Part shown: piece by piece, positions 41,064 through 50,925 of the stretch
Numbering within the stretch: position 1 is the stretch's first letter
How the letters are laid out: each line of letters opens with the position of its first letter
From: an uncultured delta proteobacterium
GTDB lineage: Bacteria; Desulfobacterota; Desulfomonilia; UBA1062
Assembly (NCBI GenBank): GCA_963798485.1
Contig: CAWCTR010000010.1
Coordinates: 61,411-125,410, forward strand
DNA length: 64,000 nt
Direction: 5' to 3'
Program-made: the position numbers and the translations under genes
The notes under the pieces: generated by a model
Databases searched by the model: none
Seen by the model: the letters and a program-made list of their open reading frames with translations, nothing else
What the model was told of the DNA's origin: nothing

Positions 41064-42299
41064 TCAGTACAGTTCGTACTTAACGAGCCTTCCATCCAGC
41101 TGGCCGTTTTTCAACGGCTTTTTCCATGCAGTCCTGAGCCCTACTTTCTTGATAAGCTCCCGGTTGCCGAAATACACATATGCGCTTGACCCGGTGCAGC
41201 GCTGCTTGAGGAAATCGCCGAACTCCGTCATGAACGCCCCTATGTCCTGGCTGTTCTTCATCCTCAAGCCATAGGGCGGGTTGCAGACAATGGTTGTGTC
41301 TTTGATGGATTTTATGTCCTGAAACTTAAGTTTTGAAAATCGGATATTCCTGCCCGAGGGGAGGTTACGGCTGTTCATCCTTGCCATTTCTATGGCCTGC
41401 GAAGAGATGTCACTGCCTGCAATGAGGCCATCTTCGAGGGGACGTATCTTCTCGTCCGCCTCTTTTTTAACCGAATTCCAGGTGTGCTCGTCAAAGTCGG
41501 GCATGAAGCGGAATCCGAATGACTCCCGGAAATATCCCGAAGGGATCGTGCAGTAATGCATAAGGGCCTCGAACAGGAGCGTGCCTGAGCCGCACATGGG
41601 GTCATACAGCGGTGTGAGGCCGTTCCAACCGCTCAAACGGATGATGGCGGCCGCAAGGGTTTCCTGCATAGGCGCATCAACCGCCTCCTGGCGGTATCCC
41701 CTGCGGTGCAGCGACCCGCCGGATGTATCGAGATAGATTGTGGCCTTGTTCTTGGATATGTGGAGGTTGAAGCAGATATCCGCGTTGATCCTTTCCACAT
41801 TAGGCCTGTCGTTATATTTGTCCCTGAAGCTGTCCACAATGGCATCCTTCAGGACGAGACCTGCATACTGGGAATGGCGGATTATGCTGTTGGATACGTT
41901 TGCAGAGATTACAAAGGTTTTGTCCAGGGAGAAGAGCTCGGTCCAGGGTATGGTCCGGGCGGTTTTATAGAGGTAATCGGTGCTGTGGCAGTCAAAGGTC
42001 AACAGAGGTGCAAGCACCCTGCTTATGATCCGGGCAGTGTAATTTATGCGGTAGAGCGCCTCATTGTCAGCGGAAAAATACAGCCCGCGGAATGTGGGCT
42101 TTACGTCCGTTGCACCGAGACCGGTCAGTTCTTCAACACCCAGTTCATCCATCCCGTCAGCGATCTGGGCGAAAAACCTGTTACTCATCTGATAGTTGTA
42201 TGTCACTTCCGTCTGGTTCCTTTCATCATGGCTTAATATTAGATCACATATTCCATTATATAACCATGATGAAGCAGGCATTGACAAAAGGCACGGCAT
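41064..42299 (-). CDS. THUMP-domain RNA methyltransferase (RlmL-like); true start probably downstream of 42299
   Basis: DTSGGSLHRRGYR, APMQETLAAA, DPMCGSGT, NPPYG. Confidence 0.9.
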   Translation of the reverse strand: MPCLLSMPASSWLYNGICDLILSHDERNQTEVTYNYQMSNRFFAQIADGMDELGVEELTGLGATDVKPTFRGLYFSADNEALYRINYTARIISRVLAPLLTFDCHSTDYLYKTARTIPWTELFSLDKTFVISANVSNSIIRHSQYAGLVLKDAIVDSFRDKYNDRPNVERINADICFNLHISKNKATIYLDTSGGSLHRRGYRQEAVDAPMQETLAAAIIRLSGWNGLTPLYDPMCGSGTLLFEALMHYCTIPSGYFRESFGFRFMPDFDEHTWNSVKKEADEKIRPLEDGLIAGSDISSQAIEMARMNSRNLPSGRNIRFSKLKFQDIKSIKDTTIVCNPPYGLRMKNSQDIGAFMTEFGDFLKQRCTGSSAYVYFGNRELIKKVGLRTAWKKPLKNGQLDGRLVKYELY

Positions 42300-42316
42300 T
42301 GACTACGACACCAACC

Positions 42317-44113
42317 ATGGAAGACATACGTAATTTCAGCATCATTGCCCATATAGACCATGGGAAATCGACCCTTGCCGACCGTCTGATTTTAAGGACC
42401 GGTGTCTGTGACATCAGGACCTATAAGGACCAGATGCTCGACAACATGGATATAGAGCGGGAGCGGGGAATTACGATCAAGAGCCAGGCCATCTCGCTTC
42501 CCTATAAGGCCAGGAACGGGAAAACATATTGCCTGAATCTCATCGATACGCCGGGCCATGTGGATTTTTCCTATGAAGTGTCACGCTCGCTGGCATCCTG
42601 TGAAGGGGTGTTGCTGCTCATTGATGCGGCCCAGGGTGTTCAGGCCCAGACCATTGCCAACCTCTACCTCGCCCTGGAACACAATCTGGAGATCATCCCT
42701 GTCATAAACAAGATCGACCTGCCTTCAGCGGATGTGGAACGGGTCATCGAGCAGATCGATGCCGAATTGGGGCTCGACCCGGATACGCACCTGGAATGCT
42801 CTGCCAAGGAAGGGATAGGGATTGACGAAATACTTGAGGCCATTATCGAGAGGGTCCCGCCACCAAAGGGCGACCCTGAAGCACCGCTGGCGGCATTGAT
42901 ATTTGATGCACACTATGACTCCTTCCGTGGGACGGTCATTAACTGCCGCATCTTCGAAGGGACAGTGAAGAGCGGCGATATGATCCGGTTCATGTTCAAT
43001 GATTCAATCTATCGCGTGGAAGAGGTGGGACACTTCCTCCTTTCCCGGGAGAAACGAGATCAGCTATCCGCAGGCGAGGTGGGCTACATCCTCGCCGGGG
43101 TGAAGACGGTCTCGAGCGTGAGCATCGGCGACACGATAACCCTGCAGGACCGGCCCTGCGACAAGCCCTTGTCGGGTTTTAAAGAGGTGAAGCCCGTTGT
43201 CTTCGCCTCCATTTACCCTATAGCCTCTGATGATTACGAGGACCTGGCCGTGGCCGTGGAAAAGTACAAGCTCAACGATGCCGCATTCATCTATGAGAAG
43301 GATTCCTCGGTTGCCCTGGGACAGGGCTTTAGGTGCGGCTTTCTGGGCCTGTTGCACCTGGACATCGTTCAGGAGCGCCTCGAGCGGGAATATGATCTGT
43401 CCATCATCCTTTCAGTGCCGAGCGTCCGTTACCGGTTCACCCTCAAGGATGGGACAATGCTCTATGTGGACAACCCGGCACATTACCCCAACCCCATAAG
43501 CATTGATGGTTCTGAAGAGCCATACATAAGGGCCACCATGATGATGCCCGACCGCTACCTCGGCACGGTCATGACCCTGTGCATCGAAAAGCGCGGCGTC
43601 AACTCAAACCTGCACTACACAAGCCCTGGCAGGGCCGAGCTCACCTATGAGATGCCCCTTGCCGAGGTGATTTATGACTTTTACGACCGCTTTAAATCCG
43701 TGACCCAGGGCTACGGTTCGTTCGATTATGACCTCATCGATTACCGGATAAGCAACCTCGTGCTTTTGGATATCCTTGTCAATGGCGAGAAGGTGGACGC
43801 CCTTTCCCAGATCGTCCACCGGGAGCGCGCCCGCGCCCGTGGCGTGCTGGCATGCGACCGCCTGAGAGATGAGATACCCCGGCAGATGTTCAAGATCGCC
43901 ATACAGGGTGCTATCGGTGGAGAGATTATCTCCCGCTCGACCATCTCGGCCTTCCGAAAGGACGTCACGGCAAAGTGCTATGGCGGTGATATCTCAAGAA
44001 AGCGCAAATTGCTGGAAAAGCAGAAGAAGGGCAAAAAACGGATGAAGATGATCGGCTCTGTCAGCATCCCCCAGAGCGCCTTCATGGCGGTGCTGAAGTC
44101 CGACACGGATTGA
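42317..44113 (+). CDS. lepA: Elongation factor 4
   Basis: IRNFSIIAHIDHGKSTLADR, ERERGITIK, KCYGGDISRKRKLLEKQK; start set at ATG 42317. Confidence 0.97.
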   Translation: MEDIRNFSIIAHIDHGKSTLADRLILRTGVCDIRTYKDQMLDNMDIERERGITIKSQAISLPYKARNGKTYCLNLIDTPGHVDFSYEVSRSLASCEGVLLLIDAAQGVQAQTIANLYLALEHNLEIIPVINKIDLPSADVERVIEQIDAELGLDPDTHLECSAKEGIGIDEILEAIIERVPPPKGDPEAPLAALIFDAHYDSFRGTVINCRIFEGTVKSGDMIRFMFNDSIYRVEEVGHFLLSREKRDQLSAGEVGYILAGVKTVSSVSIGDTITLQDRPCDKPLSGFKEVKPVVFASIYPIASDDYEDLAVAVEKYKLNDAAFIYEKDSSVALGQGFRCGFLGLLHLDIVQERLEREYDLSIILSVPSVRYRFTLKDGTMLYVDNPAHYPNPISIDGSEEPYIRATMMMPDRYLGTVMTLCIEKRGVNSNLHYTSPGRAELTYEMPLAEVIYDFYDRFKSVTQGYGSFDYDLIDYRISNLVLLDILVNGEKVDALSQIVHRERARARGVLACDRLRDEIPRQMFKIAIQGAIGGEIISRSTISAFRKDVTAKCYGGDISRKRKLLEKQKKGKKRMKMIGSVSIPQSAFMAVLKSDTD

Positions 44114-45249
44114 TGATTGTGGATAAAACCCCTGTCCCCGGGTTGTACATCCACATCCCGTTCTGCCAAACCAAGTGCGGATATTGCGACTTTTTTTCCA
44201 TCACGGACACCGGGCGCATCGATGGTTTTCTCCATGCACTGTCCAAAGAGATCGACGCCTGCCAAGAAGAATTCACGGAATTCGACACTATCTATCTAGG
44301 CGGCGGGACCCCGTCGCTGCTCTCTCCTGCCCAGATTGAAGCCCTGCTGGACAAGATCTACCGTGCCTATCGTATCCTGCCCGATACGGAAATAACCATT
44401 GAAATCAATCCGGCTGATTGGGGACGCAAAGAACTGGGTATGCTTCGCGGCCTGGGCATAAACCGTATCAGCATTGGAGTTCAGTCTTTTGAAGACAGCG
44501 AGCTGACCTTCCTGGGCCGCAGGCACAACAGGGCACAGGCCATACGCACCCTCGAAGACGCCATCAATGCAGGTTTCGGCAATATCAGCATAGACCTGAT
44601 CTACGGCCTGCCGGGCCGGACGCTTGAGCATTGGCATGTTTCCCTCATGGATGCCTTGCGCTTTGAGCCGGCGCACCTTTCCTGCTACGAATTGGAGCTG
44701 AAACCCCACACCCCCCTGGGCATCAGGTACGAGCAGGGCGAATTCCCTGTCCGCATGGAAGACTCCCAATATCATTTTTTCATGAACACTTCAGAATTCC
44801 TGGAGGGATCCGGATACATCCATTACGAGGTCTCCAACTTTGCCTTTGGCATGGAAAAGGCATCCAGGCATAACCGGAAATACTGGGACCATACGCCTTA
44901 TCTCGGGCTCGGCCCTTCCGCCCATTCCTTTAATAAGGCAACGCGCTGGTGGAACCATGAATCCGTAAAGGATTACATACGTGATCTCGATGCCCTGAAG
45001 AGGCCCATCAGTGGTTCGGAGACCCTCACCAGCGAACAGCTGCGCATGGAGGCCCTGTTCCTGGGCCTGAGGACCAAAAGAGGCATCGACATAGAGCAGT
45101 ACCGGGGCCGTTATGGTTTTGACCTCACAAAAAAAGAGGGCCGGGTGCTGGGGGAATTGGAAAAGACAGGTTTCATCGAGATCAAGGACGGCTTTATTCG
45201 TCCCACAAGGTCCGGCATGGCCGTGGCGGACAGCCTGGCGCAGCTGTAG
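44110..45249 (+). CDS. hemW: Radical SAM heme chaperone HemW
   Basis: LYIHIPFCQTKCGYCDF, GGGTPS, YEVSNFA, HNRKYW; follows lepA. Confidence 0.9.
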   Translation: MMIVDKTPVPGLYIHIPFCQTKCGYCDFFSITDTGRIDGFLHALSKEIDACQEEFTEFDTIYLGGGTPSLLSPAQIEALLDKIYRAYRILPDTEITIEINPADWGRKELGMLRGLGINRISIGVQSFEDSELTFLGRRHNRAQAIRTLEDAINAGFGNISIDLIYGLPGRTLEHWHVSLMDALRFEPAHLSCYELELKPHTPLGIRYEQGEFPVRMEDSQYHFFMNTSEFLEGSGYIHYEVSNFAFGMEKASRHNRKYWDHTPYLGLGPSAHSFNKATRWWNHESVKDYIRDLDALKRPISGSETLTSEQLRMEALFLGLRTKRGIDIEQYRGRYGFDLTKKEGRVLGELEKTGFIEIKDGFIRPTRSGMAVADSLAQL

Positions 45250-45290
45250 AAGCTTTAGGCCTGTAAAGGAAGGTTCATAAGGAAAAGGGC

Positions 45291-46217
45291 ATGCATAATC
45301 CACGAAATGAGATCAGGCCTGAAGCAGGGAAGGGAAGGCAGACCCTTCTGAAGGTAACCGGACCAACCGAGCTCATGAAATTCCTGATCGCCCGGATGCC
45401 GGATAAGAGCCGCAAGACCATTAAATCTCTCCTGGCGCACAACCAGGTTTCCGTAGACAATAAAATAACCTCACAATTCAACCATCCCCTTAAGGCAGGT
45501 CAACAGGTCGGGATAAACTTCTCCAAGGTGATTCAGGTAGATCGGGTCAAAGGGCTGAAGATCATATTTGAGGACCCCTGCCTCATTGTAATCGATAAGG
45601 AACCCGGCCTGCTTTCCATAGCCACTGATAAAGAAAAGGAACGGACGGCATTCCGGATATTAAGCGACCAGTTGAAAATAACTGACCCGACTGCCAGGAT
45701 CTTTGTGGTCCACCGTCTTGACAGAGATGCCTCGGGAATACTGATGTTCGCCAAGAGCAAAGAGATACAGCAGATACTCCAGAGTGCATGGAAGAAGGAT
45801 GTTATCGAACGCAGTTACGTCGTGGTGGTGGAAGGCAAGATAATACAGGACCAGGGTACCATCACCTCATGGTTGAAGGAAAACAAGGCCCGCCTCATGT
45901 ACTCAAGCCCTACGCCTGATGACGGTCAAAAGGCCGTTACCCACTACCGGGTGCTCAAAAGGAATGATGAGTACTCCCTGCTGCAGGTAAGGCTGGAAAC
46001 AGGACGTAAGAATCAGATACGTGTCCATATGAAAGACCTTGGTCACAGCATAATAGGCGACAAAAAATATGGCGCAACCCAAAACCCTGTCAACCGGCTT
46101 GGCCTCCATGCCCGGGTCCTTGTATTCCGTCACCCCGTGACCGGCAAGGAACTGCGTTTTGAGACCCCGACGCCTAAGAAGTTTTTACGTCTGTTCAGCA
46201 ATGAACAGGGAAATTGA
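45291..46217 (+). CDS. RluA-family pseudouridine synthase
   Basis: VHRLDRDASG, LETGRKNQIRVHM, IIGDKKYG, LHA. Confidence 0.92.
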   Translation: MHNPRNEIRPEAGKGRQTLLKVTGPTELMKFLIARMPDKSRKTIKSLLAHNQVSVDNKITSQFNHPLKAGQQVGINFSKVIQVDRVKGLKIIFEDPCLIVIDKEPGLLSIATDKEKERTAFRILSDQLKITDPTARIFVVHRLDRDASGILMFAKSKEIQQILQSAWKKDVIERSYVVVVEGKIIQDQGTITSWLKENKARLMYSSPTPDDGQKAVTHYRVLKRNDEYSLLQVRLETGRKNQIRVHMKDLGHSIIGDKKYGATQNPVNRLGLHARVLVFRHPVTGKELRFETPTPKKFLRLFSNEQGN

Positions 46218-46339
46218 TTTTTAGAGTTATTCGACATCCCTTGCTGAGAACTAACGAAAAAGAAGGTTTGAACATAATATCTGTAATAAAATAACCTATA
46301 GTTGTGGCGGTAACTACCCTTTCTCAAAAGGATTTGACC

Positions 46340-46369
46340 TTGACCTGACTCGTACTTTTCCATTATAAT
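46340..46369 (+). promoter_or_regulatory. Candidate sigma70 promoter of the lipid-storage cluster
   Basis: TTGACC-N18-TATAAT, overlapping repeated TGACC motifs. Confidence 0.5.
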
Positions 46370-46535
46370 AAAGGGGGTAAGATAGCGGGGTATGACCTCT
46401 GAGTCAGCAAGTGAGGCTTAAAAAGCCTTTATTATTCCTCCCTGACCTCAGTTATGAATACAGTTCGCTCCCCAAGTTCAATAGTGTACGAGAAAAGGTC
46501 GTTGACCTTGCTCTGCTGGGGGATAAGTATCGGCC

Positions 46536-48410
46536 ATGTTTCCTGAATATTTTGAATTCAGCCTTCCGACAAAACTGATCTACGGTATTGGGGTACTGGG
46601 CAAACTCGAAAATCTCATCAAGCCTTTCGGTCTGCGTAAAGCCATACTGGTGACAGATAAAATACTGGCCAAGGCTGGGCCTGTAGGTAAGGTCAAGGAA
46701 GGGTTCAAGGGCAGCAACATAGATATCGTATGCACCTATGACAAGGTCCCCCCGAATTCTACCATCAGGACCGTAGAGGATTGCGCTCTCATGGCCGGGA
46801 AGAACGGCTGCAACATGATTATTGCCGTCGGAGGCGGGAGTGTTATCGATACGGCCAAGGTAGCAAACATCCTCATGGTAAAAGGTGGGCGTGTCGAGGA
46901 ACATATGGGCGCCTACCTCCTTGACAAGAATGAAGTATTGCTGCCCGCCATTTTCATACCCACGACCGCCGGAACAGGATCCGAAGTAACAAAGGTCGCC
47001 GTCATTGCAGACCCCGACCATGACGTGAAGCTTCCTTTTGCAGAAGATCAGTTCTTGCCCGCCCTGGCTATCCTCGATCCCGAGGTCACGGTGTCCATGC
47101 CCCCGATGCTCACAGCCACTACAGGAATGGACGCCCTTACTCATGCGATTGAGGCATATGTCGACAAAGAATGGTCGCCTGCAGCGGATGCGATGGCGCT
47201 GCATGCCATTAAGCTCATCATCAACAATATTCTCTTGGCATGCGCTCACCCTGAAAACTTACAGGCCCGGGGGGGCATGCTGATCGGAAGTTTCCTGGCA
47301 GGGGTGGCATTCTCTCATTCCATGGTGGGAATGACCCATGGAATTGCCCATGCCCTTGGAGGTGTTTATCATATACCGCACGGGCTTGCTAATGCCTTGG
47401 TACTGCCTGAGGTTATGGAGTACAACCTGGAATCCCAACCGGAGCGTTTTGCCGATATCGCAATTGCGCTGGGTATCAATTTTCCGCAGGTGGTCACGGA
47501 AAGCAGGAATCTGCTCAAGGCCGACTCCATGGACATCTTTATTAAGCTCTTCCGGAAAATGGATTTTACCTACCTGAGGGATAAATTAATCAGCGCATCC
47601 TCCTGGTTGCGTGGCTCAGCGGCCGATGTTGTCGGTAACCTTGAATTTATTGACCATTGGTTTCGACACCAGGCTGCCCGGGCAGGGATTGAAAAGATCA
47701 GGATGCTGAACCGTCAGCTCGCCTACCTGACCAAGATGCCGCTTAACCTGGAACAGGCCGGCGTCGACGACGACCTGGCAAAGCTTGATCAGGTTGTAGC
47801 AACAGCCATGGAAGACGGCTCCATGCTCTACAACCCCATCGAACCGACACGAGAAGCGGTTGAGGATATCATCAGAAAGATATTTGAAGCAGAAGACAGA
47901 CCGCAGCATGTTTCAAAAAAGGATCTGCATCCCCAGGATACGACCCTTGGGGGAGGCGATATGGCCAATGTCTTTAAAGACTCAAAGATGCTCTACGACG
48001 TTCTTGTTGGATTCTACGAAGAACTTAAAGATGACCCGGACATCGGACCGGCTCTGGCTGGCACCAAAATGGTGATACAGTTCATTTATAAAAATCCTTC
48101 CGCCATAATTACCATTGATAGTACCGGAGACGATATTGTCATTCACAAGGGTGAGTTTGATGGAAAACCCGAGGTCAGCATGACCATGAATGCCGATTTC
48201 GCGCACAAATTCTGGCATGGCAGGGCCAACCTTGTGACGGCCCTTACCCTCAGACAGGTCAGCGCCAAGGGGAATGTTCCGAAGACAATAAAATTGTTGC
48301 CGATCTTGAAGCCGGCCTATGAAAAGTATCCGCGTTTCCTCAAGGCTAAAGGTCTTGAGCACCTCATCATGTTTTCGATGCAAGACGAGGAAGAGGATGA
48401 GGATCAATGA
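46536..48410 (+). CDS. Iron-containing alcohol dehydrogenase fused to a C-terminal SCP2-like lipid-binding domain
   Basis: AVGGGSVIDTAK, PTTAGTGSE, GMDALTHAIE, HGIAH, HGLAN; C-terminal FWHGRANLVTAL...VSAKGN SCP2-like pattern. Confidence 0.85.
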   Translation: MFPEYFEFSLPTKLIYGIGVLGKLENLIKPFGLRKAILVTDKILAKAGPVGKVKEGFKGSNIDIVCTYDKVPPNSTIRTVEDCALMAGKNGCNMIIAVGGGSVIDTAKVANILMVKGGRVEEHMGAYLLDKNEVLLPAIFIPTTAGTGSEVTKVAVIADPDHDVKLPFAEDQFLPALAILDPEVTVSMPPMLTATTGMDALTHAIEAYVDKEWSPAADAMALHAIKLIINNILLACAHPENLQARGGMLIGSFLAGVAFSHSMVGMTHGIAHALGGVYHIPHGLANALVLPEVMEYNLESQPERFADIAIALGINFPQVVTESRNLLKADSMDIFIKLFRKMDFTYLRDKLISASSWLRGSAADVVGNLEFIDHWFRHQAARAGIEKIRMLNRQLAYLTKMPLNLEQAGVDDDLAKLDQVVATAMEDGSMLYNPIEPTREAVEDIIRKIFEAEDRPQHVSKKDLHPQDTTLGGGDMANVFKDSKMLYDVLVGFYEELKDDPDIGPALAGTKMVIQFIYKNPSAIITIDSTGDDIVIHKGEFDGKPEVSMTMNADFAHKFWHGRANLVTALTLRQVSAKGNVPKTIKLLPILKPAYEKYPRFLKAKGLEHLIMFSMQDEEEDEDQ

Positions 48411-48664
48411 AACAGGGGGCAACATATTCAGTAATAATAAAGAGGATCAAAGAAAATGTCCCGGGCAAGTACTCTACTATTGAGAAGTGTATCGGTTGCT
48501 CGCTCTGCTATGAATTATCCCCGAGGAATTTCAGGATGAATCTGGATGAAGGGTATGATTTCGTATTCAAACAGCCTGATACGCAGGAGGAGGAAGCATC
48601 GTGCCTGAAGGCCATGCAATCCTGTCCTGCTGACGCCATAGTGATGACGGACGTGGACCTGTGA
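48407..48664 (+). CDS. Single-cluster ferredoxin
   Basis: CIGCSLC...CPADAI. Confidence 0.85.
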   Translation: MKQGATYSVIIKRIKENVPGKYSTIEKCIGCSLCYELSPRNFRMNLDEGYDFVFKQPDTQEEEASCLKAMQSCPADAIVMTDVDL

Positions 48665-48685
48665 AATAACAAAGGGGGGACAATC

Positions 48686-50893
48686 ATGAAAAAGATCATC
48701 AGCATCAGCCTTGGAACAAGCGAACGGGATTACGAGATCACCACGAAGTTCTTGGGTAAGGATTTCTTCATCAAGCGGATGGGCACGGACGGAGATGCGA
48801 ATGAAATGGTCGAGCTGCTTTATGACTGGGAACAGCATGCCGATGCCATCGGACTGGCCGGTATAAAGTTTCCCAGTGAACTTGGATTCAAGCGTAAAGC
48901 TGAAAAACGTGATGTTCGGATCAAAGAATTAAGTTCGGAACTCAAAATACCCGTTACCACAGGAGAGGCATTCAGACATGTAGCCCAGGAGTGGGTCGCC
49001 CGCTATGTTCAGGAAACACAGAAGAATTTTTTCACGAATGCCAGGGTTCTAGTCCTTTCCGGGATGACCGACTACAGTGTTGCCGCTGTCATTAACGGGT
49101 ATACGGATAATCTGCAGTTTGCCGACCCGATCTATGATCATGGAATTCCGAAATTTATCAACTCCTTGAAGGATATGGAACTCTATGGCAAGGGAATTCA
49201 TGACGTGCTTTCCCTGTCCCCGGCCAAGGTGATTTCCACCTCTTTGCCCTTGGTGAATGAGTGGAACAAGTACATCCTTCGGAAGGCCATGCAGAAGGCC
49301 ACGGTTATCGTCGTTCCCTATGAGGGTTTCTATAAGTATCTGGATAAGTGCACCCTGGAGGAACTGGGGGGGAAGATCATCCTTACTTCTACTGCATATG
49401 AGGATCGGGTCGAATTCCTGAAGAAGAGAGGCGTGGATGTCATAGTCGATGCCACGCCGCAGATCCTTGACCGGATGGTCCAGGTGGATGTTCTTGAGGC
49501 AATGGTTATTGCGGCCTTGGGAAAGAAGGAAGCCAAGTTAAACAATGATGATCTCCTGGAGGTGATCAGCGAACAGGGTATCCATCCGAGGATTGTTTAT
49601 CCTTCCGGCAAGGTCCGTCGTGTGAACCGCTTCTCTTTCGTTATTCACCCTTTGTCCCAGGAACACTTAAAAAAAGAAAAGGCCGTGGAGCTGATCGCCA
49701 GCATGACGCCTCGCGTAACCATGGACGCTGTCGAAAAGATTATCGCCTACGCCCCGCCTTTTGTCTACTCCAAGGTGACCGGGATCAAATCCCCTACCGG
49801 AGTAGAAGCGGAAGGATGGCTTATTACCGTCGGCGGAACGCCCAAACAGATGCTCTCCCATCCGCCCGAGTTCACCTACAAGCGATTACTAGAAGCGGCG
49901 GCCATGTCTAAAAGGATGGGTGCACAGATTATGGGTCTGGGTGCCTTTACCAAGGTCGTGGGTGATGCGGGTGTTACGGTGGCCAAGCTTGCGGATATCC
50001 CTATTACCACCGGGAACAGCTACAGCGCATCAGGAGCACTCTGGGCCGCTGCTGATGCCGTGCGTCGTATGGGACTGATAAAGATCGAAGAGGGGAAGAA
50101 GATCAAGGCAAAGACAATGGTCATAGGGGCGACAGGCGCCATCGGGTCAGTCTGCTGCCGACTGCTCGCTCTTGCCTTTGAGAGTGTCTACATGGTCGAC
50201 ATCCGTGATGCCAGGCTTCTCTCGCTGAGAGATTCGATATTGAAGGAGACCCCGGATGTAGATATCCATATCTCCACGAGGGCCGACAAGTATGTAGGGG
50301 ATATGGATGTGATTGTGACGGCTACATCGGCTGCAGGGAAGAAGATACTTCATATCGAGAAGGTCAAACCCGGATGTGTCATCACCGACGTGGCCAGGCC
50401 GTTGGACCTGTCTCCCGAGGATGTGGCCAAGCGACCGGATGTGTTGTACATCGAATCCGGGGAGATCCTCCTGCCGGGTAATCCGAAATTCAAGGAAATA
50501 GGCTTGCCGCCCAAGGTTGCCTTTGCTTGTCTGGCTGAAACCATAGTCCTTGCCCTTGAGGGTCGTTTTGAGGTCTTCACGATAGGTCGTGAGATCGAAT
50601 GGCAAAAGGTGAAGGAAATCTATAAAATGGGTCTTAAGCACGGCATGAAACTGGCCGCCATATCAGGTGTAAACGGGGTTTACAGCGACCAAGATATCAA
50701 AAAGGTAGTAACACTAGCCCTCAAAGAGAGAGCCAAGGGGAAAAAGGCAGAGAAAAAACCTTCCTTGAAGAAAGTTGCGACAAAAGGGGCTACCCCACCG
50801 AATAAACTATCCGGCAAGACAAAGGCCACTGCCAATAAAGCGGCGATAAAACGTAAACCGGCTTCTGGTATATCTCAAGAGAGAACCATATAA
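48686..50893 (+). CDS. Two-domain protein with C-terminal acyl-ACP reductase (AAR)-like domain
   Basis: FVIHPL, GLGAFT, ITTGNSY, VIGATGAIGS, FACLAE..LALEG resemble cyanobacterial acyl-ACP reductase; Lys/Ala-rich tail. Confidence 0.7.
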   Translation: MKKIISISLGTSERDYEITTKFLGKDFFIKRMGTDGDANEMVELLYDWEQHADAIGLAGIKFPSELGFKRKAEKRDVRIKELSSELKIPVTTGEAFRHVAQEWVARYVQETQKNFFTNARVLVLSGMTDYSVAAVINGYTDNLQFADPIYDHGIPKFINSLKDMELYGKGIHDVLSLSPAKVISTSLPLVNEWNKYILRKAMQKATVIVVPYEGFYKYLDKCTLEELGGKIILTSTAYEDRVEFLKKRGVDVIVDATPQILDRMVQVDVLEAMVIAALGKKEAKLNNDDLLEVISEQGIHPRIVYPSGKVRRVNRFSFVIHPLSQEHLKKEKAVELIASMTPRVTMDAVEKIIAYAPPFVYSKVTGIKSPTGVEAEGWLITVGGTPKQMLSHPPEFTYKRLLEAAAMSKRMGAQIMGLGAFTKVVGDAGVTVAKLADIPITTGNSYSASGALWAAADAVRRMGLIKIEEGKKIKAKTMVIGATGAIGSVCCRLLALAFESVYMVDIRDARLLSLRDSILKETPDVDIHISTRADKYVGDMDVIVTATSAAGKKILHIEKVKPGCVITDVARPLDLSPEDVAKRPDVLYIESGEILLPGNPKFKEIGLPPKVAFACLAETIVLALEGRFEVFTIGREIEWQKVKEIYKMGLKHGMKLAAISGVNGVYSDQDIKKVVTLALKERAKGKKAEKKPSLKKVATKGATPPNKLSGKTKATANKAAIKRKPASGISQERTI

Positions 50894-50925
50894 TGTGAAA
50901 TTAAGGGAATAGATGAAATATTCCG

